Part shown: piece after piece, positions 16,601-25,517 of the stretch | Position numbering within the stretch: position 1 is the first letter of the stretch | How the letters are laid out: every line of letters starts with the position of its first letter | Source of the DNA: a virus | Lineage: Duplodnaviria; Caudoviricetes | Virus record (IMG/VR): IMGVR_UViG_3300012953_000094 | Location: 1-34,782 of that record | DNA: 34,782 nt | Reading direction: 5' to 3' (one strand) | The notes under the pieces: generated by a model | What the model was told of the DNA's origin: nothing | The model's input: the letters and a program-made list of their open reading frames with translations, nothing else | The model's database searches: none | Program-made: the position numbers and the translations under genes

Positions 16601-19600
16601 ATGGCTACTAATTTAAGCAAAACAACTTTTTTAACACAATACAACGATGATTATCGAGATAGTGATCATTATCATCGTGTATTATTCAATAATGGTAAAG
16701 CGCTACAAGCTAGAGAACTAACACAAAGCCAGACCATAATTCAAAAAGAAGTTGAAAGGTTAGCAAAATTTATCTTAACTGAAGGAGCTATTATTAATAA
16801 TGCGGGTACATTAGCATCAGGTTCAGATGCTTTTTCATATACCTATATTAAAGTAACTTCATTACCAACAGGACATGCAACATTAGTAGGATCTACAGTT
16901 AATGATGGAGATTTATATGCTACTGTAAAAGCAACTATTCCTGATGGAACTCAAAATGTTATTATGGTAAGAATGGGAGCCGGTAAAACAGGTGGGTCAT
17001 CTGCTGCTACTGATACCTCATCACCTAAAAAATTCGCTGCTGGATCAGTCTTGTCTTCATCTTTAGGAAATATAACTATTGAAAATGTAGCTGATGCGGT
17101 TGGCAATGGTTCTATTATAGAAGTACCTGCCTTCAATACTTATGCAGCTGGTCATTTAATTAATGTAGAAGCACAAACATTAGTATTAGACAAATATAGT
17201 TCTACGCCCACTAAAACAGTAGGTTTTAAAGTCACTCAACAAATTATAACAGCAACTGATAATGTTGCGTTATATGATAATTCAGGTGCCACTCCTAACC
17301 TAACTTCTCCTGGTGCTGATAGATTAAAAATTACATTAACATTAACTACAAAAGATAAAATAGTTACTGGTGAAACATTTTATTCAATGTATGAAGTAAA
17401 AAATGGTAAAATTTTAAATACAGCTAGAACTACAAGTAAAATTTTAGGTAACCTATCAACAATTCTTAATGCTCGAACAGAAGCTATTACTGGTAATTTT
17501 ATTGAGAAAAGCACAAGCGGAGAATATAATTTAACAATTAAAAATGATAGTGCTAGCGGTGATTTTTTATCTGTAGAAGTATCAAGTGGTACAGCTTTTA
17601 TTAAAGGTAATAAAATAACCCGTGATAATCCAATGCCTTTCAGGGTAAGAAAACCTAATAATATTCTTGCCGGAGAAAATATAACAACAAGATCTAATGA
17701 ATTTGTAAGTGCTAGTTATGGTACTTATTTTCTTTCTAATTTAGATAGTTCTTTTGGAATGGCAAGTTTATTAGACACCTATGGTACTGTTAATTTAAAA
17801 GATGCTAGAGACTTGGGTGGTACAGTTGTAGGTTCAGCTAAAGTTAGAATGCTTGATCGATATGGAGCAGATTTAAGAACCCACGTATTTGATGTACAAA
17901 TGGATTCTAATGGTTCAGGTACAGTATATAACCTCGCTAATGTTAGAAGTGTAGGTATTAATTCTTCTAATTATATTAACTTAAAACAGGTTTTAGGTAG
18001 ATTTGATCTTTATGACAAACTAGGATCCAGTTTATTATTTCCATTACCTAAGTATGGAGTTAATGAAATATCTACAGTATCAGGAACAGTTGGTAAAGTA
18101 GTAGCTCATAGTAATGCAGCCTCTACTATTGCAGCGACATCAGGATCAGCCTTTGATGATTTTGAACAATGGTTATATGTTATGGATAGTGGGGACATTT
18201 ATAGTAACTTAACTATTACAGGAACAGATCCAGTTACAGTAACACATGGTTATAAAAATGGTGAAGCAACCCTTTCTCCATTGCCTTCTGGAACACACAA
18301 TGCTCATGTATTAACCTTTGAATCCAGAACATTAGAATTAAAAACAAAAACCTTAACACCAGATCCTTTAGGGCCAGGAGGTCCATATACTTGGGAAACA
18401 GACTCAAGTGTGTCTTTAAGTAATGGTCAATTTACGTTATCAAAAAATGATGTTTATCAATTTCATAAGGTAACCGATGATACAACAAGTGAGGATATAA
18501 CATATAAGTTTACATTTAATAACGGCCAAACCGATAATTATTATGGTCCAGGAACAGGTAAATTGAAGTCTGGTGCTTCTGCTCCAGCTGGTACTATAAA
18601 CGTACAATATAGATACTTTTTACATTCAACTCCTAGTCCGTCAACTAATACTGGTTACTTTGGTCCTAATTCTTATGTTAATATAAGCTATGATAAGATT
18701 CCGGAATTTTTAAGTCCTGCAGGAAGTGCATATCGATTAGCTGATGCTATTGATATGAGGCCTGCTAAAAATGCTGCGGATAATACATTCTCAGGCGGTG
18801 CTGCTAGAATTGAACTTATTCCAAGAAATAAAGATAATTTAACAGCAGGTACCGTAAAATATTGGAATCCTAGAGTAGATTGTATTTCAATGTCTCAAGA
18901 AGGTGTATTAGTATACAATTATGGTACAGCTGCGGAAAATCCTGGTATGCCAGCGAATATTGATCCTAATGATTTATTATTACATAAGCTTACTTTAAAT
19001 CCTTATACAATGAATAAAAATGATGTGCAGATACAGTCTCCTGATTATAGGGGATATAAAATGGAAGACATTCGACGAATAGATAAAAGACTAGGCCATC
19101 TAGAAAGAATGTATACCCTTACAGCAGCTGAATTAAATTTAGCTAAATTAGAAGTATATGATCCAGACAATGCTAATACTATTAGACAAACAGAAGGATT
19201 AACTGGAGATAATTTTCAAGATAAATTACAATCCGATTGGTTCAATGATGAATATAGAGCTAAAGTATATCAAGGAATGTTTGTAAATGCTGTAACACCA
19301 AAAATGTATAACAGAGCTATTGGTGTAACATATGATTCTGCAGCATCAGCTGGTACTTGTGTCATAAAAGGAAGTACCATATGGCCAACATATACAGAAA
19401 CAGTTGCTAACTTTAGTCAGGATAATGCAACAACCATAGAAAATGTAAACCAATTTGAAACACCACAACATATAGCAGCAGCTGAATTAATACCAGAAGG
19501 TGATTATTTTACAAAGAGACGATCAGTAGATCAAAGTTATTCTTCTCAATCAAATGAATCATTAATTGTCCCAGGTACAATGGAAGTTGTCACCAATGAA

Positions 19601-19603
19601 TAG
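16601..19603 (+). CDS. Large virion structural protein, VrlC/DUF4815-like, N-terminal part
   Basis: YNDDY....HYHRVLF..G.ALQARELTQ.Q.I.Q, L.DN..G.PN...PGADRLKI.L, F..GQ.DNYY, LAD.ID.RP and Y.M.DI..I.KR...LE.Y.L, which match the VrlC-like proteins of marine T4-like phages. Confidence 0.82.
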   Translation: MATNLSKTTFLTQYNDDYRDSDHYHRVLFNNGKALQARELTQSQTIIQKEVERLAKFILTEGAIINNAGTLASGSDAFSYTYIKVTSLPTGHATLVGSTVNDGDLYATVKATIPDGTQNVIMVRMGAGKTGGSSAATDTSSPKKFAAGSVLSSSLGNITIENVADAVGNGSIIEVPAFNTYAAGHLINVEAQTLVLDKYSSTPTKTVGFKVTQQIITATDNVALYDNSGATPNLTSPGADRLKITLTLTTKDKIVTGETFYSMYEVKNGKILNTARTTSKILGNLSTILNARTEAITGNFIEKSTSGEYNLTIKNDSASGDFLSVEVSSGTAFIKGNKITRDNPMPFRVRKPNNILAGENITTRSNEFVSASYGTYFLSNLDSSFGMASLLDTYGTVNLKDARDLGGTVVGSAKVRMLDRYGADLRTHVFDVQMDSNGSGTVYNLANVRSVGINSSNYINLKQVLGRFDLYDKLGSSLLFPLPKYGVNEISTVSGTVGKVVAHSNAASTIAATSGSAFDDFEQWLYVMDSGDIYSNLTITGTDPVTVTHGYKNGEATLSPLPSGTHNAHVLTFESRTLELKTKTLTPDPLGPGGPYTWETDSSVSLSNGQFTLSKNDVYQFHKVTDDTTSEDITYKFTFNNGQTDNYYGPGTGKLKSGASAPAGTINVQYRYFLHSTPSPSTNTGYFGPNSYVNISYDKIPEFLSPAGSAYRLADAIDMRPAKNAADNTFSGGAARIELIPRNKDNLTAGTVKYWNPRVDCISMSQEGVLVYNYGTAAENPGMPANIDPNDLLLHKLTLNPYTMNKNDVQIQSPDYRGYKMEDIRRIDKRLGHLERMYTLTAAELNLAKLEVYDPDNANTIRQTEGLTGDNFQDKLQSDWFNDEYRAKVYQGMFVNAVTPKMYNRAIGVTYDSAASAGTCVIKGSTIWPTYTETVANFSQDNATTIENVNQFETPQHIAAAELIPEGDYFTKRRSVDQSYSSQSNESLIVPGTMEVVTNE

Positions 19604-19612
19604 AGGTACCTA

Positions 19613-20374
19613 ATGCCATACATAGACGTAACAGTTCAAAAAACAGGATACAAGGATGTATCCCACCAAGCTAATCATGGTTATGATGCAATACCAATTC
19701 ATAGACCTAAATTTATATTTTTTGAATTTGTAGGTTTAAGGCCAAATATTCCACATTGGATTTTCTTTGGTAATAAATTAGTAACACAATTTATTAATAC
19801 TTCTTATTCAGAAGCTGATTACACATCAGCTAGTGGAAGTTCACCTTTAAAGGAACCTGGAGATCAATTTGTTAACGCTACCGCATTTCCATCAGCTGGA
19901 GGTTTAACATATTCTGGAGCAACAAATGGTGGATCACCAAGTACTCCAATAACATCCGATGCTAATGGTATATTAAATGGTGTATTTTACTTACAAAGTA
20001 GTAATGATTATCAGTGGACAATAAATACAGATGGTCATAAATTTATGGCTATTGATATATCTACGCCTGATAAATCTAAATGTAAATCATATGGAACGGC
20101 TACATTTAGAGGATTTGGACAATACGAGAATTATTATACATATACAACACAAGAAGCATACCAATATAGTGCTACAGAACAAGTATGGCAAGAACCCGCG
20201 CCTACTACTAATAACACACCTACTTCAACCCCTAATACAACCAATACTAAAAATGATGATGGTGGTAAGGATAAAGAAATGGGTTGGTATCAAATGGACT
20301 GTGCTTTAACAGGTGGAACATATAATTATCATGGTGATATCTTTCGGAAGTCATGGTTGGCATATGATTCATAA
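19613..20374 (+). CDS. Virion structural protein, similar to the middle segment of VrlC/DUF4815-like proteins, with Pro/Thr-rich tail
   Basis: HRPKFIFF...GLRPN..H.IFF and ITSDANG.L.GVFY resemble the R.....F...GLKP.T..Y.FFD and .TD..G...G.F segments of DUF4815 proteins. Low-complexity PAPTTNNTPTSTPNTTNT lies near the end. Confidence 0.55.
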   Translation: MPYIDVTVQKTGYKDVSHQANHGYDAIPIHRPKFIFFEFVGLRPNIPHWIFFGNKLVTQFINTSYSEADYTSASGSSPLKEPGDQFVNATAFPSAGGLTYSGATNGGSPSTPITSDANGILNGVFYLQSSNDYQWTINTDGHKFMAIDISTPDKSKCKSYGTATFRGFGQYENYYTYTTQEAYQYSATEQVWQEPAPTTNNTPTSTPNTTNTKNDDGGKDKEMGWYQMDCALTGGTYNYHGDIFRKSWLAYDS

Positions 20375-20885
20375 TAACGGAGCAACTTCATTAGGAGTAG
20401 AAGGTCATGGCACAAAAGCGATAAAAAATTCATCGACTGGTAATAGTCAATTAGTCGCAGAGACTCACAATGAGGCTAAGCAACATGATAACTATTCCGA
20501 TGCAGATAATTCTTCTAGTGGAGAAGGTACAGTGTTATGTAGTTTATTACATCGAAGAGGTTATTTAAATAAAGATGTGTGGGAACAGGACGAAGCTTTT
20601 GGTAATTTAGTTGATCCAGAAGTGTTAAGTGGATATCATACTTGGGCATTACCAATGGTAGAATGGATAGAAAAAGATTCTTTATTAGCTAAACTTTGGT
20701 TTTACGCTTGGGTTTTACCATTTACTAAATCTTGGGCTCAACATATAGCACACAAAATGGAACCTAAAAAATTTAAAGATAATAAAATTGGTTGGTTAAT
20801 GTTAACAATTGGTATTCCATTATGTAGGTCCATTGGCAAATTTAAAAAGAAAAATAACGAAATAGTTTCGGAACTATTAACTTAA
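20364..20885 (+). CDS. Hypothetical protein (Ser/Gly linker followed by a 'GTVLC...GY..WA' domain); start uncertain, possibly the frameshifted C-terminus of the previous gene
   Basis: The frame is open from 20310, with possible starts at GTG 20313 or ATG 20364. SSSGEGTVLCSLLHRRG...D..FG...GYHTWA.P.V...WA..IA...G..LC..IG resembles a small domain that often terminates phage structural proteins. Confidence 0.6.
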   Translation: MIHNNGATSLGVEGHGTKAIKNSSTGNSQLVAETHNEAKQHDNYSDADNSSSGEGTVLCSLLHRRGYLNKDVWEQDEAFGNLVDPEVLSGYHTWALPMVEWIEKDSLLAKLWFYAWVLPFTKSWAQHIAHKMEPKKFKDNKIGWLMLTIGIPLCRSIGKFKKKNNEIVSELLT

Positions 20886-20898
20886 TGAAGGTATAGAT

Positions 20899-22599
20899 AT
20901 GAGTCAAGCAGGTTTACTTCAGTTAGCTGAACAAAGAAATCCAACAGGGCAAACATTTGTTGTCGATGAATCCAGCACCTTAACTGGTATAGGTATATTT
21001 TTTGCTAAAGCACCAGCAGATGATAATTATGGTATCACAATAGAAATGAGACCTACTACAGAAGGCGGTGCTCCTTCTTCATTAAGATTTGTTCCTGGAA
21101 CACGAGTAAGTGCAACAGCAGCCCAAATTAGAGCAAAGACAGATCCAGGCGGGACATATGCAGGTAATACTTTTTCTGCCGCTCGTGAATATAAATTTGA
21201 ATTCAAACATCCAATACACGTGCCTAGCAATACCTTATGTTCGTTTGTAATATATACTTCTGCTCCTGCGGGACAATATCAAATGTATGTTGCTAGAAAT
21301 TTAGATTATCTATATGGAAGCACTGAAGCATTTTATACTTTTAATTCCTCAACCGAAATGGGTGCATATTATAGTTCCTCTAATGGAACATCTTGGGAAG
21401 CAGATAATAGTAAAGACGTTACTTTTAAAATATATAAAGCACAATTTACTACGGCTACGGCGGCGACAGCTGTTTGTTATGCTAATAATCCCGGACCTAA
21501 AAAATTAACAGAATCTACAGTTAGAGATGGACTTAGTCATTATGCATTTGATCCCTTAACCTTTACAGCTGCGAGTCAATCAGTAAAAGTACGACATCCT
21601 GTTCATGGGTTTCAACCAGGCGATAAAGTTGTTTTAAGTTCAGATGGTGTTAATAGTTTTGACAGTAGCTCAACTATTAATGGTGTAATGGGTAGAAGTA
21701 TATTAGGTGAAAGAGTATTAACAGGTGTAGATGCATTTGGATATACTTTTAATATGGATTCAGCTGCCACAGCAAATCTTAGAGCCGGTGGTACTGGTTT
21801 AATGGCTACAGAGAACTATGCTATAGATCAAATACGTCTTAGTATGGCTAATGTTACACCAAAGAAAACAGCCCTAATGGCTAAAATAGATCTTACTACT
21901 AGTAAATCATTAGCGGGTGGCGAAACAGCTTATTCAACTACTTCGGATATAAGATTAACACCTTTTAAAACAGGTCGATTGAAAAACCCACATTTGATTG
22001 CTACTACAGAAAATGAGACATTAAGATTAAGTGGTAATCCTTCTGGTAAACTTACAGTAAGTATGTGGACGGATGATCCTAATGTTGCACCACATTTTAA
22101 TGTTAATACTGCATATCTAGGATGTGAAACAGTAATGGTTGATTATGCTGCATCAGCGGTTACACCTCAAAGAAACAATCTAGTAACAACCCCTTACATA
22201 GCAGATACTGAGGCAGATGGTGGCACAGCAGCCGCGCAACATATGACTATACCATATAAATTAGAAACAGCAGCGACCTCGATAGTTGTTTATATGGATG
22301 CTGTAAGACCAAAGGGTGCAGACTTTAATATATACTGGAGAACAAAAGCCGCGGGAGATGATATAACAAAATTATCAGAACAGGGTTGGACAGCTTTTAG
22401 TAAAACAAATAAGCAAGTAAAAGGTTTAGGTTATTTTGATATAGCTCCTACAGATGATTATGCTGCTTTTAGAGAATATGCTTTTAGTGTATTTAATTTA
22501 AATGCCTTTGATGAATATCAAGTAAAAATTACAATGCACACAACTAGGCAAACATATCCACCTGTATTTACAAATTTAAGAACGATAGCTACATCATGA
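20899..22599 (+). CDS. Virion structural protein, similar to the C-terminal segment of VrlC/DUF4815-like proteins
   Basis: P.GQTF.V, TGIGIFF, F.F..PI.., SSNG.SW.....D.TF.IYKA.F, V.HP.HG...GD.V, FREY.F, F.EYQVKI.M and P....LR.IA. Confidence 0.75.
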   Translation: MSQAGLLQLAEQRNPTGQTFVVDESSTLTGIGIFFAKAPADDNYGITIEMRPTTEGGAPSSLRFVPGTRVSATAAQIRAKTDPGGTYAGNTFSAAREYKFEFKHPIHVPSNTLCSFVIYTSAPAGQYQMYVARNLDYLYGSTEAFYTFNSSTEMGAYYSSSNGTSWEADNSKDVTFKIYKAQFTTATAATAVCYANNPGPKKLTESTVRDGLSHYAFDPLTFTAASQSVKVRHPVHGFQPGDKVVLSSDGVNSFDSSSTINGVMGRSILGERVLTGVDAFGYTFNMDSAATANLRAGGTGLMATENYAIDQIRLSMANVTPKKTALMAKIDLTTSKSLAGGETAYSTTSDIRLTPFKTGRLKNPHLIATTENETLRLSGNPSGKLTVSMWTDDPNVAPHFNVNTAYLGCETVMVDYAASAVTPQRNNLVTTPYIADTEADGGTAAAQHMTIPYKLETAATSIVVYMDAVRPKGADFNIYWRTKAAGDDITKLSEQGWTAFSKTNKQVKGLGYFDIAPTDDYAAFREYAFSVFNLNAFDEYQVKITMHTTRQTYPPVFTNLRTIATS

Positions 22600-22817
22600 T
22601 GAAAGCATTTAAACCAAGACCTTTACAAGAGGTAAAAGACTTTCCTGACTTTAGACGTGATGAAGTAACAGGTATGATAGTCAATATAAATAAACGTAAA
22701 ACAACTGAGAGAATGGAACAGGTAAAAAGGGATCAGGAATTACAAGATCTTCGAACAGAAGTTTCAGGAATCAAAGGTATGTTGAATAAAATATTAGAGA
22801 GAGTATCCAATGCCTAA
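22596..22817 (+). CDS. Small coiled-coil hypothetical protein
   Basis: 73 aa. V...P...RD..TG.IVN plus C-terminal L..EV..IK.ML..IL, a pattern often seen after VrlC-like genes. ATGA overlap with the upstream gene. Confidence 0.7.
   Translation: MMKAFKPRPLQEVKDFPDFRRDEVTGMIVNINKRKTTERMEQVKRDQELQDLRTEVSGIKGMLNKILERVSNA
22685..22692 (+). promoter_or_regulatory. T4-type late promoter TATAAATA upstream of the tail fibre gene
   Basis: Perfect match inside the small ORF, about 118 nt upstream of ATG 22810. Confidence 0.5.
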
Positions 22818-24525
22818 TTCAAAGATACCATATACAAATTTAACAGATAATATAAATGTTCATCGATTAAGACATAATCAATTAATTGATTCTGTTGGTG
22901 ACGTATCTACTTTGACAACAACATCTAAACAGGTTGTAGGTGGTATTAAAGAATTAGTAGGTCGAGTAGATAGTATTAATAATACACAATTGTTATCGCC
23001 TAAGATGACTTTAAGAGATAGTTCTGCTACTAATATTATTAAAGGTAATTTAGATACACACGGAACACTCAATACAAATGGATTATCAACATTTGATAGT
23101 GCAACAATTAGAGGTAGCTTACTTGTAGATTATCCTGTAAGGATGAACAGAGGACCCCTAGAAGTAATTTCTGGAGGATCTATAATCAATGGCAAACCCA
23201 GATTTGTAAATTCAGTTGCAGGAGATAGTGCAGAATTTACAGGGCATGTTGCAATTGGTGGTGGGTTAAGAGTCGTTGGTGATACTAAGATAGAAGGTAA
23301 TCATACAATAGGTGGTAAGTTAGTTATTGGCGACGCAGATACAGATACAGTTTCATTTGCGGCGGATATTAATACTAATTTAACTCCAGATGTAGACAAT
23401 TCTTTTGATCTTGGAGATAGTGCAAAAGAATGGAAAGATCTTTGGGTCGATGGAACCGGTAATATTGATAATATAATTTCAGATACCGCAACATTAGGAT
23501 CAGCTAAGATTTCTGATTTAACTGCTGGCAGGGTTTTAATAGCAGGTACAAGTGGTGAAATTGAAGATGATGCTAAATTATCTTGGAATACTACTACAGG
23601 ATTAAAATTAACCGAAGCTTTAAAAGTTGAAGATAGTGCTTATATAACAGGTAACTTGGCTATTGGCGGTACTATTACTGCTAATAATTATGCTAATAAT
23701 GAAATTATTATTAATTCAACTCATACAGGATCTCCATCAATAAATGGTGGTTTGGTAATTAATCGTGGTTCTTTTGATAATGCAAAATTATTCTGGGATG
23801 AAACTAATAACTATTGGGTTGCTCATAACGATAGTGCTGCATCTAAATCAGGCACACTTAGTAGAATTATAACAGCTGCTCAGATTGGAATTAAACCTAA
23901 TAGTGGTTTAGCATATGATACAGCAGATGGTAAATTTAGATTAGACTCTTCTCAACTACCAAATTTCTTTGAAAATGTGACTCTTTCTACGATGAACATT
24001 TCCGAATTAAATAATGCATCTATTGGCATCACCGCAACCAACGGTGATATTACTATGGGTGCTACTAATGGTACAGTTAATATAACGGGTGATACAGGAA
24101 ACATTAATCTTACTTCAGGGGCGGATATACAATATATCGCTACTGGGGGTGAACATATATTCAAGAGAACCGGTACTTCTAATACACCCTCTAATATTGA
24201 AATATGGAATCCTGCAACATCATCTGCGGCGACAAGTCAGGGCGAAATTAGATGGAATGGCCTAGATAACGCCGGTAACACTCAGACATATGCTCGCTTT
24301 AATTCTTGGGCATGGAATAATACTAATGGTGCTGAATGTGGTAAACTTGAACTTTCAGTTGTAGCAGGAGGATCATTAATGCCAAGGATGACATGGGATA
24401 GTTCATCTGTAACATTTAATAATACTGGAAGAATTATGCTAGGGACTTCGGCAAATGCAACTGTGCTTAATATCGTTAATTCTTCAGGAACCGTTGTTAA
24501 GAAAATTATTGGCACTTCGCAGTAG
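22810..24525 (+). CDS. Tail fibre / fibre-like structural protein
   Basis: Rich in G/T/S/N beta-repeats (V.G...I.GN.TIGG; P..DN.FDLG....W.DL.VDG; G..INRG...NA..FWDE...YW). Position after the baseplate genes. Confidence 0.7.
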   Translation: MPNSKIPYTNLTDNINVHRLRHNQLIDSVGDVSTLTTTSKQVVGGIKELVGRVDSINNTQLLSPKMTLRDSSATNIIKGNLDTHGTLNTNGLSTFDSATIRGSLLVDYPVRMNRGPLEVISGGSIINGKPRFVNSVAGDSAEFTGHVAIGGGLRVVGDTKIEGNHTIGGKLVIGDADTDTVSFAADINTNLTPDVDNSFDLGDSAKEWKDLWVDGTGNIDNIISDTATLGSAKISDLTAGRVLIAGTSGEIEDDAKLSWNTTTGLKLTEALKVEDSAYITGNLAIGGTITANNYANNEIIINSTHTGSPSINGGLVINRGSFDNAKLFWDETNNYWVAHNDSAASKSGTLSRIITAAQIGIKPNSGLAYDTADGKFRLDSSQLPNFFENVTLSTMNISELNNASIGITATNGDITMGATNGTVNITGDTGNINLTSGADIQYIATGGEHIFKRTGTSNTPSNIEIWNPATSSAATSQGEIRWNGLDNAGNTQTYARFNSWAWNNTNGAECGKLELSVVAGGSLMPRMTWDSSSVTFNNTGRIMLGTSANATVLNIVNSSGTVVKKIIGTSQ

Positions 24526-24533
24526 AGGTTGTT

Positions 24534-25508
24534 ATGGCTGTTAGAGAACCATTATATTGGACAGGTTCAGAACTAAAGGGAATGTCCACTGCTCAAGTAA
24601 CCGATTGGGTTGAGTATATTGCAGATAATCTTTGGGGTAATGATCCCAATGTCACTCTTTCTATAGTTTCTTCTGGAGGTAATCTAGGAGGTATAGATGA
24701 TACTAGAAAAGCTGCAGGTGCCTATCTATCGTTTACTACTAGTTTTCCATCAGAAGCATTTACAGCTGAGCCGTATACGGTCACAGTAACTCACGATAAA
24801 ATTGAGAGAACAGAAACTGTAGTTAGTAGTCAGAGTGACATTAATAGTACTAGATGGCCTGTTTATTGGTCCGGTTCTGATATAAGAGCAATGGATGCCA
24901 CAGATGTTCGTGATACATTTATTAGACCAGCTCTAACAAGAATAGTTGATGGTTCTGCTAGATATGGTACATATACTATATCAACCTCTTCTTTTAATGG
25001 ACCTGGTTATGTGGAGATGAGTGGCTTACCCGGAGGAACACCTATTTTTACTGATACTCGAGCTGATACAGCAGCTTATGCAGCAGGGTCTATTCCAGAA
25101 ACACAAGATCAACCAACAAACATAACTTATTATTATCTACATCGCATGGACTTTAATGCTCTTACATCAACATCGCAACCTTCAGAAAGACCGTTATTTA
25201 TTAATTCCTGGAATGGTTCATATGATTTATATGAATATGATACGCCTGGAGGTTATCATGACCTTGATGCTTTCTTTCAAAAACAATTACGGTCAAACGC
25301 GCAAAGCGACACAGGATATAGAATTACTTATGCTCTTAACTCTCCTGTTGGGAATGTTCTGGGAACAGGTATGGTAGATACTATATTAAACGGATCAGGT
25401 AATTATCAACAACGTTATGTGAATACTAATGATTATCGAGCGCAAGAGTTTCCCAACGGTACTCAAACAACAGCCGGTACACATTATTTGAAAATTTACA
25501 ATTGGTAG
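24534..25508 (+). CDS. Hypothetical virion-associated protein with three internal repeats
   Basis: GAGG RBS. Repeated P[LV][YF]..(W).GS and DT[RI] units; rich in T/G/Y. Confidence 0.6.
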   Translation: MAVREPLYWTGSELKGMSTAQVTDWVEYIADNLWGNDPNVTLSIVSSGGNLGGIDDTRKAAGAYLSFTTSFPSEAFTAEPYTVTVTHDKIERTETVVSSQSDINSTRWPVYWSGSDIRAMDATDVRDTFIRPALTRIVDGSARYGTYTISTSSFNGPGYVEMSGLPGGTPIFTDTRADTAAYAAGSIPETQDQPTNITYYYLHRMDFNALTSTSQPSERPLFINSWNGSYDLYEYDTPGGYHDLDAFFQKQLRSNAQSDTGYRITYALNSPVGNVLGTGMVDTILNGSGNYQQRYVNTNDYRAQEFPNGTQTTAGTHYLKIYNW

Positions 25509-25517
25509 GAGAAAATT

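Noticed and set aside
20520-20885. Intein/Hint domain starting at the Cys of GTVLC
   Set aside because: No CF..GT, TxxH or terminal HN blocks are present, and the sequence looks helical.
12603-24525. Recurrent GATAGT hexamer as a DNA-level repeat or binding site
   Set aside because: It is mostly the in-frame Asp-Ser codon pair, and synonymous GATTCN, GACTCN and GACAGT versions encode the same motif, so the signal is at the protein level.
12603-24525. DS motifs as acyl-carrier phosphopantetheinylation sites
   Set aside because: The ACP site is G-x-D-S-L in a helical bundle; here the following residue is mostly A, S, D, N or G in beta-rich proteins.
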